Below, piece by piece: positions 7,493-14,956 of a DNA stretch of 27,908 bases (position 1 is its first letter; every line of letters starts with the position of its first letter). Below the pieces are notes generated by a model, which saw only the letters and a program-made list of their open reading frames with translations, ran no database searches and was not told the origin of the DNA. This DNA comes from Ostreococcus tauri (Eukaryota), in the NCBI GenBank assembly GCA_000214015.2, contig CAID01000007.2, forward strand, positions 207,157 through 235,064, written 5' to 3'. Both the position numbers and the translations under genes were made by a program.

Positions 7493-10262
7493 ATGTCGCA
7501 CGCGAAGCGCGCGCGGCGTGAGGTGCGTCGATGTGCGCCGCGTTCGCGGCGCGCGCGCGCGCGTGGGCGGGGGTGAAGCGATGCGCGCGTCGAGGAGATC
7601 GAGCTCGAGGCGTGGATTCGATGTGACACGCGGTCTCGGGGATGATGCGCGCGGTCTTTGCGCGCGGGGGGGGGTCGGTGCGTCACGCTGACGTCGTTAC
7701 GTGATTTACGCGCGATTAGGACGGCTCGCACGGCGTTGATGGACCGAACGAGGATGATCTTCGAGAGCTCCGGGACGTGATCATTCACTGCGACGGCTCC
7801 GCGGACGTCTTACGCGGCCTCTCCGGAGACATCGCGCGCGAGGGTGAAACGCTGTGCGAGCACGCGATGGGTTTTGTGATGGAGTGCGTCACGGAGCTGC
7901 CGGTCAAGACGCCGGTGTACGCGACGCTGGTGGGGTTGATCAACGCCACCGCCGGGGAGTTCGGTGGACGCGTCGTGGAGGAGACAAAGACGGCGCTCGA
8001 GGAGGCGCTGAACGGGGGTGATCTCACCCAGCGCACTCGCGCGCGGGTGTTGACGAGGTTTTTAGTGCTCCTGAGCACTGTGGGCGCTGTGCAAAGGATG
8101 GACGTGATGAGGTATTTGGATTCGCTGCTGAAGGAGTCGCAGGCGCTCGCGAAGAAGGGCGCGACGGGATGGCAGCCGCGGGCAGATTGGCTCGCATACG
8201 TCGCTCTGTCCGCGCTTCCGTGGGGTGGGGAATTCTTGTCCAAGTCTGAGTGCTCGAACGAGTTCGAGGGACTGTTGGACGCGGCGGACGCGTACTGCAA
8301 GACGCGCTCCGCCAATCCAGACCCGGCGTCCGTCATCGTTAAGTCTGTGGACGGCACGGAGACGGATTGGTTCGCGGACATGTGCGCTCGCCTGAGTGCG
8401 GCGCACACGGATGGTATTTGGAAGATCGCCTCCATTCCCACCATTGCCGAGCAATTCGTCGAGGAGTTGGCGAGCACAACCAACGCGCATGCTCTTGGAG
8501 ACGTGACCATTTCGACCGTCGAGTTCGCGAGTCATGCCGAAGCTGCGGCGCGATACCCCGGTCGATCGATGCTAAGGTGCGCTTAAGAACAATCGCGATG
8601 TCGAATGTCCGATCGGCGATGAAGATTTACTTTATATATCTCGTTAATCCACTGACCTCGCGCTGATATGAGAAAACGTTCAACGAGCCGAGCGCCGCTC
8701 GAGGGGTGAACCGAGCTCTCGCCGTCGAACGCGGTGACTGACCGAAGCGACTTACAAATTTCATTCGTTCGCACAGAATTTTGGACCCGAGCTTTACCGA
8801 GGGCACGGGTAATGTCGACGCGTGGGGTCCGCTTGAGCGTTTCGTTGCGGAGGAGTACATCGTGGACACCATCTGGGCATTCGAGCCAGGATATCGTCGA
8901 ACTGCGACCATTCCGGCCGCTGAGCAGCTGGCGTCGCTTCCTCTTCCCGCAGAGCAGCCCGAGCAGTGTCAGTTCTTGGTGGCTGAGACTTTGTTTGCCG
9001 AGTTGCTTGCGCTCCCAGAGCCGACGTTTTCGCCCGTCTTCTACCATATCGTCATCCAAGACTTGTGCAAGATCATCCCCACGTTCCCGCCAAAGATGGC
9101 AAAAACGGCGGGTATGATGTTCAGGTCGATCGATCGCATGGACGTGACCGCGCGCGATCGTCTCGCAAGCTGGCTCGCGCACCAAGTTTCGTGCTTTGAT
9201 TTGGTTTGGCCCTGGTCGAGCTGGAAGCACGTGATGGAGCAACAGGAGGACGCACCCCAGCGCGCGTTCGTCGTGGACGCACTGAAGAAATTGTGCCAAC
9301 TCAGTTTCATCGAACGCGTTGAAAAGAGTCTTATCGAGGAGCTCCGACCGCTCCTGCCAACCGGTAGAGGCGTGAACGCCGAGTACATTGCCGAGACGGC
9401 GGCCGACCCCACTTTTGGAAAGCTTCAGCAAATGCTCGCTGAGAAGCGACAGGGGTACGAGGTCGTCCAATGGATCGGCTCCGAGGGAGCGACTATGGCA
9501 AGTCCGGAGGTTTTGCTTCGATCACTCGTCGTCGCCGCGCTCGAGCGCGGACAAAAGTGCATCACGCACCACGACGTTTTGCTCAAGCGATACGCCGCGC
9601 CGATTCGTGAGTTGGTTGAAAAGGCTGGCGGCGAGGTCGCCGTCGACGCCGCGGTCGGGATCTGGCGTGGTCACTATCAGATGGCCCCTATCGCGGTCGA
9701 ACGTTTATTAGCTCTTGATTTAGTCGCGCCATCCGCGGTGGTGAACTGGGTGGTGCAGCGCGCGGCGGTGTTCGGCGAGGATGACACGTACGAGATTGCA
9801 TCCACCGTGTGTGACTTCGTGTGCGCCTCCGAGGCGAGCGTGGTTGGAAAGCGAAGTGCACTGGTGAGTAAGATTCGTGCCGCCGAGGCTGAGGCCTCGG
9901 GTGCTGGTCGTGCCGCCGAGGAGCTCTCTGCCCAGGGTCGGTCGTACGAGGCGCAGCAAGCGGCAGCAGCTGAGGCACAGGCGGTGGAGGAGATCGCCCA
10001 ACACGAGGCTGAGCTCGCCGCCACAGAGGCGCCGATCGCTCGCGCTAACGCATTGGCGCGCGAAACCTGCTTACAACTATGCGGTGGTCTCGTCAAGGCG
10101 AGCGCGCACGGCGCCTCTGCGCCCGTCGCCGAGCGCGTCTTGGCCTTTGTCCGCGCCCGTCGCCTCCAGCTCGCCCTCGACACTGACGCCGTGATCAAGG
10201 CGGCGGGAACGAAGAGCATCGCCAAGACCGCCGTCTCACACGCCCTCGGCGTTCCCTGCTAG
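7493..10262 (+). CDS. NCBP1: Nuclear cap-binding protein subunit 1 (CBP80/NCBP1), 3 exons: 7493..7522, 7720..8576, 8777..10262
   Basis: ORFs 7777..8586 and 8781..10262 (GTG/TTG starts in the track) are the MIF4G and MIF4G-like parts of CBP80: PVKTPVYATLVGLINA, YVALSALPWGGEFL, ERFVAEEYIVDTIW, FYHIVIQDLCKIIPTFP, SWLAHQVSCFDLVWPWSSW. Splicing 8576|8777 (GTGCGC...CACAG, phase 2) gives ...YPGRSMLRILDPSFTEGTG..GPLERFV, colinear with animal ...YPMPRVIFRMFDYTDDPEG..SVERFV. Exon 2 is open only from 7720, just after a TAG/acceptor, and has no ATG. ATG 7493 plus 10 codons (MSHAKRARRE) ends at donor GTGCGT 7523. Total is 2373 nt, or 791 codons including the stop. Confidence 0.85.
7523..7719 (+). other. 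Spliceosomal intron 1 of CBP80 (197 nt)
   Basis: Donor GTGCGT at 7523, CTGAC branch motif at 7688..7692, acceptor TTAG ending at 7719. The splice joins phase-0 exons and restores an ATG-initiated reading frame. Confidence 0.7.
8577..8776 (+). other. Spliceosomal intron 2 of CBP80 (200 nt)
   Basis: Donor GTGCGC at 8577, GGTGACTGAC at 8733..8742, acceptor ACAG ending at 8776. Lower GC than the flanking exons. The splice removes the in-frame TAA at 8584. Confidence 0.85.
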
Positions 10263-10427
10263 ACGATCTTTGTGTTAACACGCGACTCAAACCGTTCGCG
10301 TCTCGCCAGGCCGTCGCGCGCGCGATGGGAAAGACCTAATTCGGATGACGTCGCCCATCGTGACCCCACTTTGTGGAATCGACCCCACACCGCCCCACTC
10401 GTCCTCGCGCGTCTTCGCCCACGCGCG

Positions 10428-11093
10428 ATGTTCGCCTCTCTGAGCTCCAAGATCTCCACCACCGCCCTCCGCGTCGTCCCCAACGTCGCCGGAGAACGAA
10501 AGCGCCGCGCCGCCGTCATCGAGTGCGCGCACAAGAAAGGGACGGGGTCCACGAAGAATGGCCGCGATTCCAATCCGCAGTACCTCGGGGTGAAGAAGTA
10601 CGGCGAGGAGAAGGTCACGGTGGGCTCGATCATCGTCCGACAGGTTGGGAACAAGGTACGAGAAGACGACGCGAGAGGGGCATCGAGGCGAGGCGAGGGA
10701 GGCGCGCGCGACGCGCTCGAGGGTTGAGGGTTTCGCGCGCGCGGCGAGAGGGGTCGACGACGCCGATGTTTTGATGTCGACGCGCGATGTGGGTGAAGAA
10801 GGTGACTGACGATGGACTTTTTACGCGATTCACAGTTCCACGCGGGTGACGGTGTCGGCACCGGTAAAGATTTCACCCTCTTCGCGCTTCGCGACGGCGA
10901 GGTGCACTTCAAGGTTGGCGCGAACAAGAAGAAGTACGTCACTGTCGTTGATGCGGTCGACCGATCCGGTCGCGCCGACGGTCAACCGACGCGTAAGGAC
11001 AAGCGACACGCCATGTACACGCCGCGCGCGGTGCAACGGGCGGCGGCTGAGGAAGGCATGTCTGGGGTCGAAAAGGTCTCCGAGGCGCGCTAG
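10428..11093 (+). CDS. Organellar (bacterial-type) ribosomal protein bL27, 2 exons: 10428..10655, 10836..11093
   Basis: Exon 1 reads [17 protein letters not shown]... (targeting peptide) then [43 protein letters not shown]. Exon 2 reads [26 protein letters not shown].... Joined, they reproduce the bacterial L27 core (AHKKxxGSTxNGRDS...GxIIVRQRGTKFHxGxNVGxGxDxTLFA). ATG at 10428 is M53 of ORF 10272. I cannot decide between plastid and mitochondrial targeting. Confidence 0.9.
10656..10835 (+). other. Spliceosomal intron of the bL27 gene (180 nt)
   Basis: Donor GTACGA directly after ...GNK (codon 10653-10655). GGTGACTGAC at 10801..10810. Acceptor ACAG ending at 10835. Phase 0. Confidence 0.9.
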
Positions 11094-11352
11094 GCCGTCG
11101 CGCATCGAGACTTACTTCGTAGCCCATTCGTCGAAACCGCATTCTTACCTAGTAGCCGTGTAATCGCTTCAATTAGCTCGATCTTCGTTAGAGTCGTCGT
11201 CCAATCGCGTTCGATCGCGTCATCGGCGAGCGTTCGCCGCGGCGATGGCGTTAATCGAATGTGACACTGGTGGCGGCATTGTCAGACCGCACTCCCCGGC
11301 GTCGTCGAGCGCCCGTCTCGCGCGTTCCTCGCCGTCGAGCGCGATCGAAGCC

Positions 11353-12381
11353 ATGGCGTCCACCGCGCGCGTCGCTCGCGGGCTCGGCGCGCGCGTCGCC
11401 ACGCGCGGTGCGTCTTCCGTCCCGACGAACCGGACGCTGAGCGCGCCGGCGCACCGCGCACGCGTCTCGTCGTCGGGACGCGGCGTCGTGCGCGTCCGCG
11501 CGATGTCGGCGACGATCATCGACGGCAAGGCGATCGCGCAGGCGGTGCGAGAGGAGGTGCGAGAGAAGGTTGCGGCCATGCGGACGCGAACCGGGAAAGT
11601 CCCGGGACTGGCGGTGGTGCTCGTGGGCGAACGCAAGGACTCGCAGACGTACGTGAGGAGTAAAAAGAAAGCGTGCGAAGAGGCGGGCATCGAGTCGTTC
11701 GGAACGGATCTTCCGGAGGACGCGACGGAGGACGAGGTCCTGGCGGTGGTGGAGGCGTACAACGCCGACCCAAACGTGCACGGGATCCTCGTGCAACTGC
11801 CCATGCCCAAGCACATCAACGAGGAGCGCGTGCTCGGGGCGATCAGTTACGAGAAGGACGTCGATGGATTTCACCCTCTAAACATTGGCCGGCTCTCTCA
11901 GCGCGGGCGCGAGCCGCTGTTCGTGCCGTGCACGCCGCGCGGGTGCATCGAACTGCTCGAGCGTACGGGCATTCCAATCGCGGGCAAGGAAGCTGTCGTC
12001 GTCGGGCGATCCAATGTCGTGGGGACACCTGCGGCGCTGTTACTTCAACGACGCGACGCCACGGTCACCATCGTACACTCGAGAACGCCGAACCCGGAGG
12101 AAATCTGCCGCCGCGCCGACATCGTCATCGCCGCGTGCGGACAGATGGAGATGGTCAAGGGTTCGTGGCTCAAGCCCGGGTGCGCCGTGATCGACGTCGG
12201 GATCAACGCCAAAGATGATCCGAGTAAGAAACTCGGGTACCGACTCGTCGGTGACGTCGAGTTTGATTCCGCGAAGGAGGTTGCCGGGCACATCACGCCG
12301 GTGCCGGGCGGCGTCGGGCCAATGACCATCGCGATTTTGCTGCAGAACACGTTGGAGGGCGCGGAGCGAGCGTACGCGTAA
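11353..12381 (+). CDS. FOLD: Bifunctional 5,10-methylene-THF dehydrogenase / 5,10-methenyl-THF cyclohydrolase (FolD/MTHFD)
   Basis: ORF 11245..12381. Colinear with FolD from IIDGKAIAQ onward: PGLAVVLVGERKDSQTYVRSKKKAC, HGILVQLPMPKH, DVDGFHPLNIG, VVVGRSNVVGTPAALLL, TPVPGGVGPMTIAILLQNT. ATG 11353 (gccATGg; MASTARVARGLGARVATRG..., transit-peptide-like) is preferred over ATG 11245, but the start is uncertain. Confidence 0.9.
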   Translation: MASTARVARGLGARVATRGASSVPTNRTLSAPAHRARVSSSGRGVVRVRAMSATIIDGKAIAQAVREEVREKVAAMRTRTGKVPGLAVVLVGERKDSQTYVRSKKKACEEAGIESFGTDLPEDATEDEVLAVVEAYNADPNVHGILVQLPMPKHINEERVLGAISYEKDVDGFHPLNIGRLSQRGREPLFVPCTPRGCIELLERTGIPIAGKEAVVVGRSNVVGTPAALLLQRRDATVTIVHSRTPNPEEICRRADIVIAACGQMEMVKGSWLKPGCAVIDVGINAKDDPSKKLGYRLVGDVEFDSAKEVAGHITPVPGGVGPMTIAILLQNTLEGAERAYA

Positions 12382-12410
12382 CTTGTAACTTAACGAGGGA
12401 ACGAATATGC

Positions 12411-12415
12411 AAAAA
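12411..12415 (-). terminator. Pol III terminator (T5) of the tRNA-Met gene
   Basis: On the minus strand the tRNA 3' end (12421) is followed by A-TTC-TTTTT-GC. The T5 run corresponds to plus-strand AAAAA at 12411..12415. Confidence 0.6.
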
Positions 12416-12420
12416 GAAAT

Positions 12421-12613
12421 GCGGAATGCCAGGATCGAACTGGCGACTTCAGGATAACTCTCGAGAGTCAATCTTGGAGCACGACGTGTCGTGCGCGAGC
12501 GTTCGCTCGGTGAAGTTTTGTGGCTGGTAGATACGAAGCACCTCGCGATGCCCATATTGCAGTATTTTGTTTTGCTATGAGACCTGCACTCTAACCAACT
12601 GAGTTAATTCCGC
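12421..12613 (-). tRNA. trnM-CAU: Elongator tRNA-Met (anticodon CAU) with a 120-nt intron (12456..12575) between nt 37 and 38
   Basis: 5' exon 12613..12576: GCGGAAT TA ACTC AGTTGGTTA GAGT G CAGGT CTCATA. 3' exon 12455..12421: A TCCTG AAGTC GCCAG TTCGATC CTGGC ATTCCGC. The acceptor, D and T stems pair fully. The anticodon stem has 4 pairs plus a U31-U39 mismatch, as in animal elongator tRNA-Met. T-loop TTCGATC (B box) is the elongator type, not the initiator type. Discriminator is A. The exon coordinates agree with the frame of ORF 12040..12555. Confidence 0.85.
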
Positions 12614-12827
12614 TGCACTGCGTCCGACGCGTGGAGTCGAGACCCCGGTGGAGTCCTCGGAGCCACTCGTCGTCGAGTCATTACTGGTCACCAAGTGAAT
12701 CGTGGTCCGACAAACCGCGCTCAAGAGGTGTCGCAAAACTTACGGGTGCTTTGTGTCTTCCGGCGGCGCGAGGACCGCGCCCCCCCGCGCGCGACGCGAC
12801 GCGTCCCCGCAGTCACCGACGCGACCG

Positions 12828-14090
12828 ATGACCGCGCGCGTGCGCGTCGGACCCACCGCTATCAGCGGCCACGCGTCGCCCCGCGCGTTCCGTCGTCGCG
12901 CGACGTCGCGGCACCACGGTCGACGAACATCCGTGTCCACCACCGCCGCGTCGTCCCAGGACCCGCCGAAATTCGTGCGCGATTCGCGCGACGAAGCGCG
13001 AGCCGCGCAGCCTCTGGACGCCGGACGACGACCGGAAGAGATCAATGCGTTTATTGGAGCGATTAAGGGGGAAATCGGGGGTACGTCGAGTAGTTCATCA
13101 GAAACCTCGGCGGTGACGCTCGCCCTGGCGAAGGAATTCAACGTCGGCGAACGCGTGCGCGTCACCGAAGGAAGATCCGGTGCCACCAAGGTGCAGTTAA
13201 TGCACCCATCTGGATCCTATGCGGATGTGTATCTCAAGGGATCGCTCACGGTGGGGTCGTGGGTGATGGCGAACGGAGGAGAAGTTTTGTTTTACGACGA
13301 CGGGAACTCGGAAAAGCCAGGAGGGATTTCGATGCAGTTTCCGGGAATCACGAGCAAGTCCGAATTCCGGATCATCGAGACGGGAACCGTTGCTGACGAT
13401 ACGCCATTTGTCACTATCGAGTTAGCGGGCGATAACGCGGACTCAACATTCAAGCTGTCCGTGGAAATCTCCTTGGCGTCGCACAACGCGCTGAAGATGA
13501 AGACCACCGTGCACAACACGGGATCGTCCAAATTCGAATACCCTCTCGGCCACAACGCCCACATCGCGGTGTCCGATGCCCACCACGGAGATGTCTATTT
13601 TATCGGTTTCGAAGACTGCGTCTACCTCGACAAGAAGCTGCACTCGACCAAGCCGCGCGTGCGCTTCACCAAGGATTTGGACGCCATGTCGGAGAGATGT
13701 TTCAAGCTCACCGGACCGACGGATAAGACGTACCTGTGTACGAATGATCACAACACGGGCGTCGAGGTCGGAACCGGGTGCACCGTGTACGCTCAAAACC
13801 TTTCGGGCGAAACCGGGTGCGTCGACCGCGTGGTTTTCAATCCGTGGGAGGAATCGCCCAAGGCATACCGATGGTACGCCGGTTTAGGAATAGGAAATTT
13901 TGGAAAGCTTCGAGTGGCGGAACCGGATTCAAAATCGTCGACGGAGGTGCAGTTCAAGGTGGTCGACGCCACCCCGAGCGTCGGTATCAGGGAAGATTTT
14001 GAGCTGCTTGAGAAGATAAACACGCGCAACATGCTCTCTAGGCGGAAGATCGATCTGAGCGATGCCGAGTTGCCGAGCGATTTGCAATAA
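12828..14090 (+). CDS. Aldose-1-epimerase-fold protein, divergent glucose-6-phosphate 1-epimerase-like, with organelle-targeting N-terminus
   Basis: ORF 12702..14090 (GTG in the track); first ATG is 12828. The Arg/Ser/Thr-rich N-terminus is followed by regions colinear with plant glucose-6-P 1-epimerase-like proteins: KVQLMHPSGSYADVYLKG, PGGISMQFP, KMKTTVHNTGSSKFEYPLGHNAHI, DRVVFNPWEE. The HGF-R type catalytic segment is not recognisable (SKSEFRII instead). Confidence 0.6.
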   Translation: MTARVRVGPTAISGHASPRAFRRRATSRHHGRRTSVSTTAASSQDPPKFVRDSRDEARAAQPLDAGRRPEEINAFIGAIKGEIGGTSSSSSETSAVTLALAKEFNVGERVRVTEGRSGATKVQLMHPSGSYADVYLKGSLTVGSWVMANGGEVLFYDDGNSEKPGGISMQFPGITSKSEFRIIETGTVADDTPFVTIELAGDNADSTFKLSVEISLASHNALKMKTTVHNTGSSKFEYPLGHNAHIAVSDAHHGDVYFIGFEDCVYLDKKLHSTKPRVRFTKDLDAMSERCFKLTGPTDKTYLCTNDHNTGVEVGTGCTVYAQNLSGETGCVDRVVFNPWEESPKAYRWYAGLGIGNFGKLRVAEPDSKSSTEVQFKVVDATPSVGIREDFELLEKINTRNMLSRRKIDLSDAELPSDLQ

Positions 14091-14125
14091 ACCAGTATTA
14101 CACCATAACTAGTTAGTATGATGAG

Positions 14126-14872
14126 TCACGTCGCGCCGTTTTCTCCACCCGCATCTCCGCCTTCCAACTCGCCCTTCCACTCGCCTGGTGGCTGCAAATT
14201 CGGCCAGTCGCCTCTGCACCCGAACCGAATGTACAGGTTCTTCCGTCCGCAAATATCCGCGTCCGCGTCCAACAAGGTCTTTATTCCATCCATCACGCGA
14301 TCGGCCACGCTCTCGTAATCATCTTTACCCTTGGAAACTACCACTCGAACCTCGCTGAGTTCGTACGCCTCGCGCTGCGGTGCCGTCTCGTCCGCACCCT
14401 CCTCGTCCACCCAAACCGTGATCATCCCAAACAACCACGTCCAACAGTCCCCGCGCGCCGTCGCCCCGCGTCCACCGCCGCTCGTCGCGACGCACAATCT
14501 CAAGTACGTCGACAGCTGTTCGTGCGCGCTGTTCTCCAGCATCAAACGCTTCGCCTCTGGAGACGCCGCCGCCGACTCATCATCCTCATCCTCGTCATTC
14601 ACCGCACTCGCCGCGCTCTCCACGAGCGCCGGAACGGAGACGCACGCGTACCCGAATCGCTTGGCGAGCGCGCGGGCGACGCCGTCGTTGGCGCGCTCGT
14701 TGTCACCGACGACGCACACGGAGACGCCGCGCATGGCTTCGAGGTCAGACGCCGAAGAAGACGCCGACGACGCGACGGTGTTTCGAGTGGGCGCACATCG
14801 ACGCGCGCGCGTCGATGACATCGATCTGTGTGCGATCGACGCGCGCGTCAACGCGAGCGATGATGCGGACAT
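14126..14872 (-). CDS. SKL1: Inactive shikimate-kinase-like protein 1 (SKL1-type), plastid-targeted
   Basis: 248 aa, ATG 14870-14872. Ser/Arg-rich transit-like N-terminus. The shikimate-kinase scaffold has a degenerate P-loop: VVGDNERANDGVARALAKRFGY instead of GxxGxGK[ST]. ATSGGGRGATARGDCWTWLFGMITVWV and the C-terminal GRKNLYIRFGCRGDWPNLQPPGEW match my recollection of plant SKL1 (..GKKSLYIRLGCRGDWPNIKPPGW..). Confidence 0.75.
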   Translation of the reverse strand: MSASSLALTRASIAHRSMSSTRARRCAPTRNTVASSASSSASDLEAMRGVSVCVVGDNERANDGVARALAKRFGYACVSVPALVESAASAVNDEDEDDESAAASPEAKRLMLENSAHEQLSTYLRLCVATSGGGRGATARGDCWTWLFGMITVWVDEEGADETAPQREAYELSEVRVVVSKGKDDYESVADRVMDGIKTLLDADADICGRKNLYIRFGCRGDWPNLQPPGEWKGELEGGDAGGENGAT

Positions 14873-14956
14873 GATTTGGCGATGATGATTACGCCGAGTC
14901 GCGAACTGGGGTTGGCTTCAAATTTTGCCGAACGCTCCGACGGATGCCCTGATTTT

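Noticed and set aside
8577-8776. Intron-hosted box C/D snoRNA in CBP80 intron 2 (GATGAAGA near the 5' part, CTGA motifs downstream)
   Set aside because: The C-box candidate has a mismatch to UGAUGA. The CTGA motifs are only about 35-45 nt away or coincide with the branch site. No terminal stem is evident, so the evidence is too weak.
11245-11352. Upstream ATG 11245 (MALIECDTGGGIVRPH...) as the FolD start
   Set aside because: This is not excluded. However, the segment lacks targeting-peptide character, whereas ATG 11353 has a better context (gccATGg) and opens a typical transit-like peptide. It is kept as an alternative start only.
12040-12555. 171-aa minus-strand ORF spanning the FolD 3' end and the tRNA region
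   Set aside because: It reads straight through the tRNA 3' exon, the intron and the antisense strand of FolD. It has no protein-like features. It was useful only for checking coordinates.
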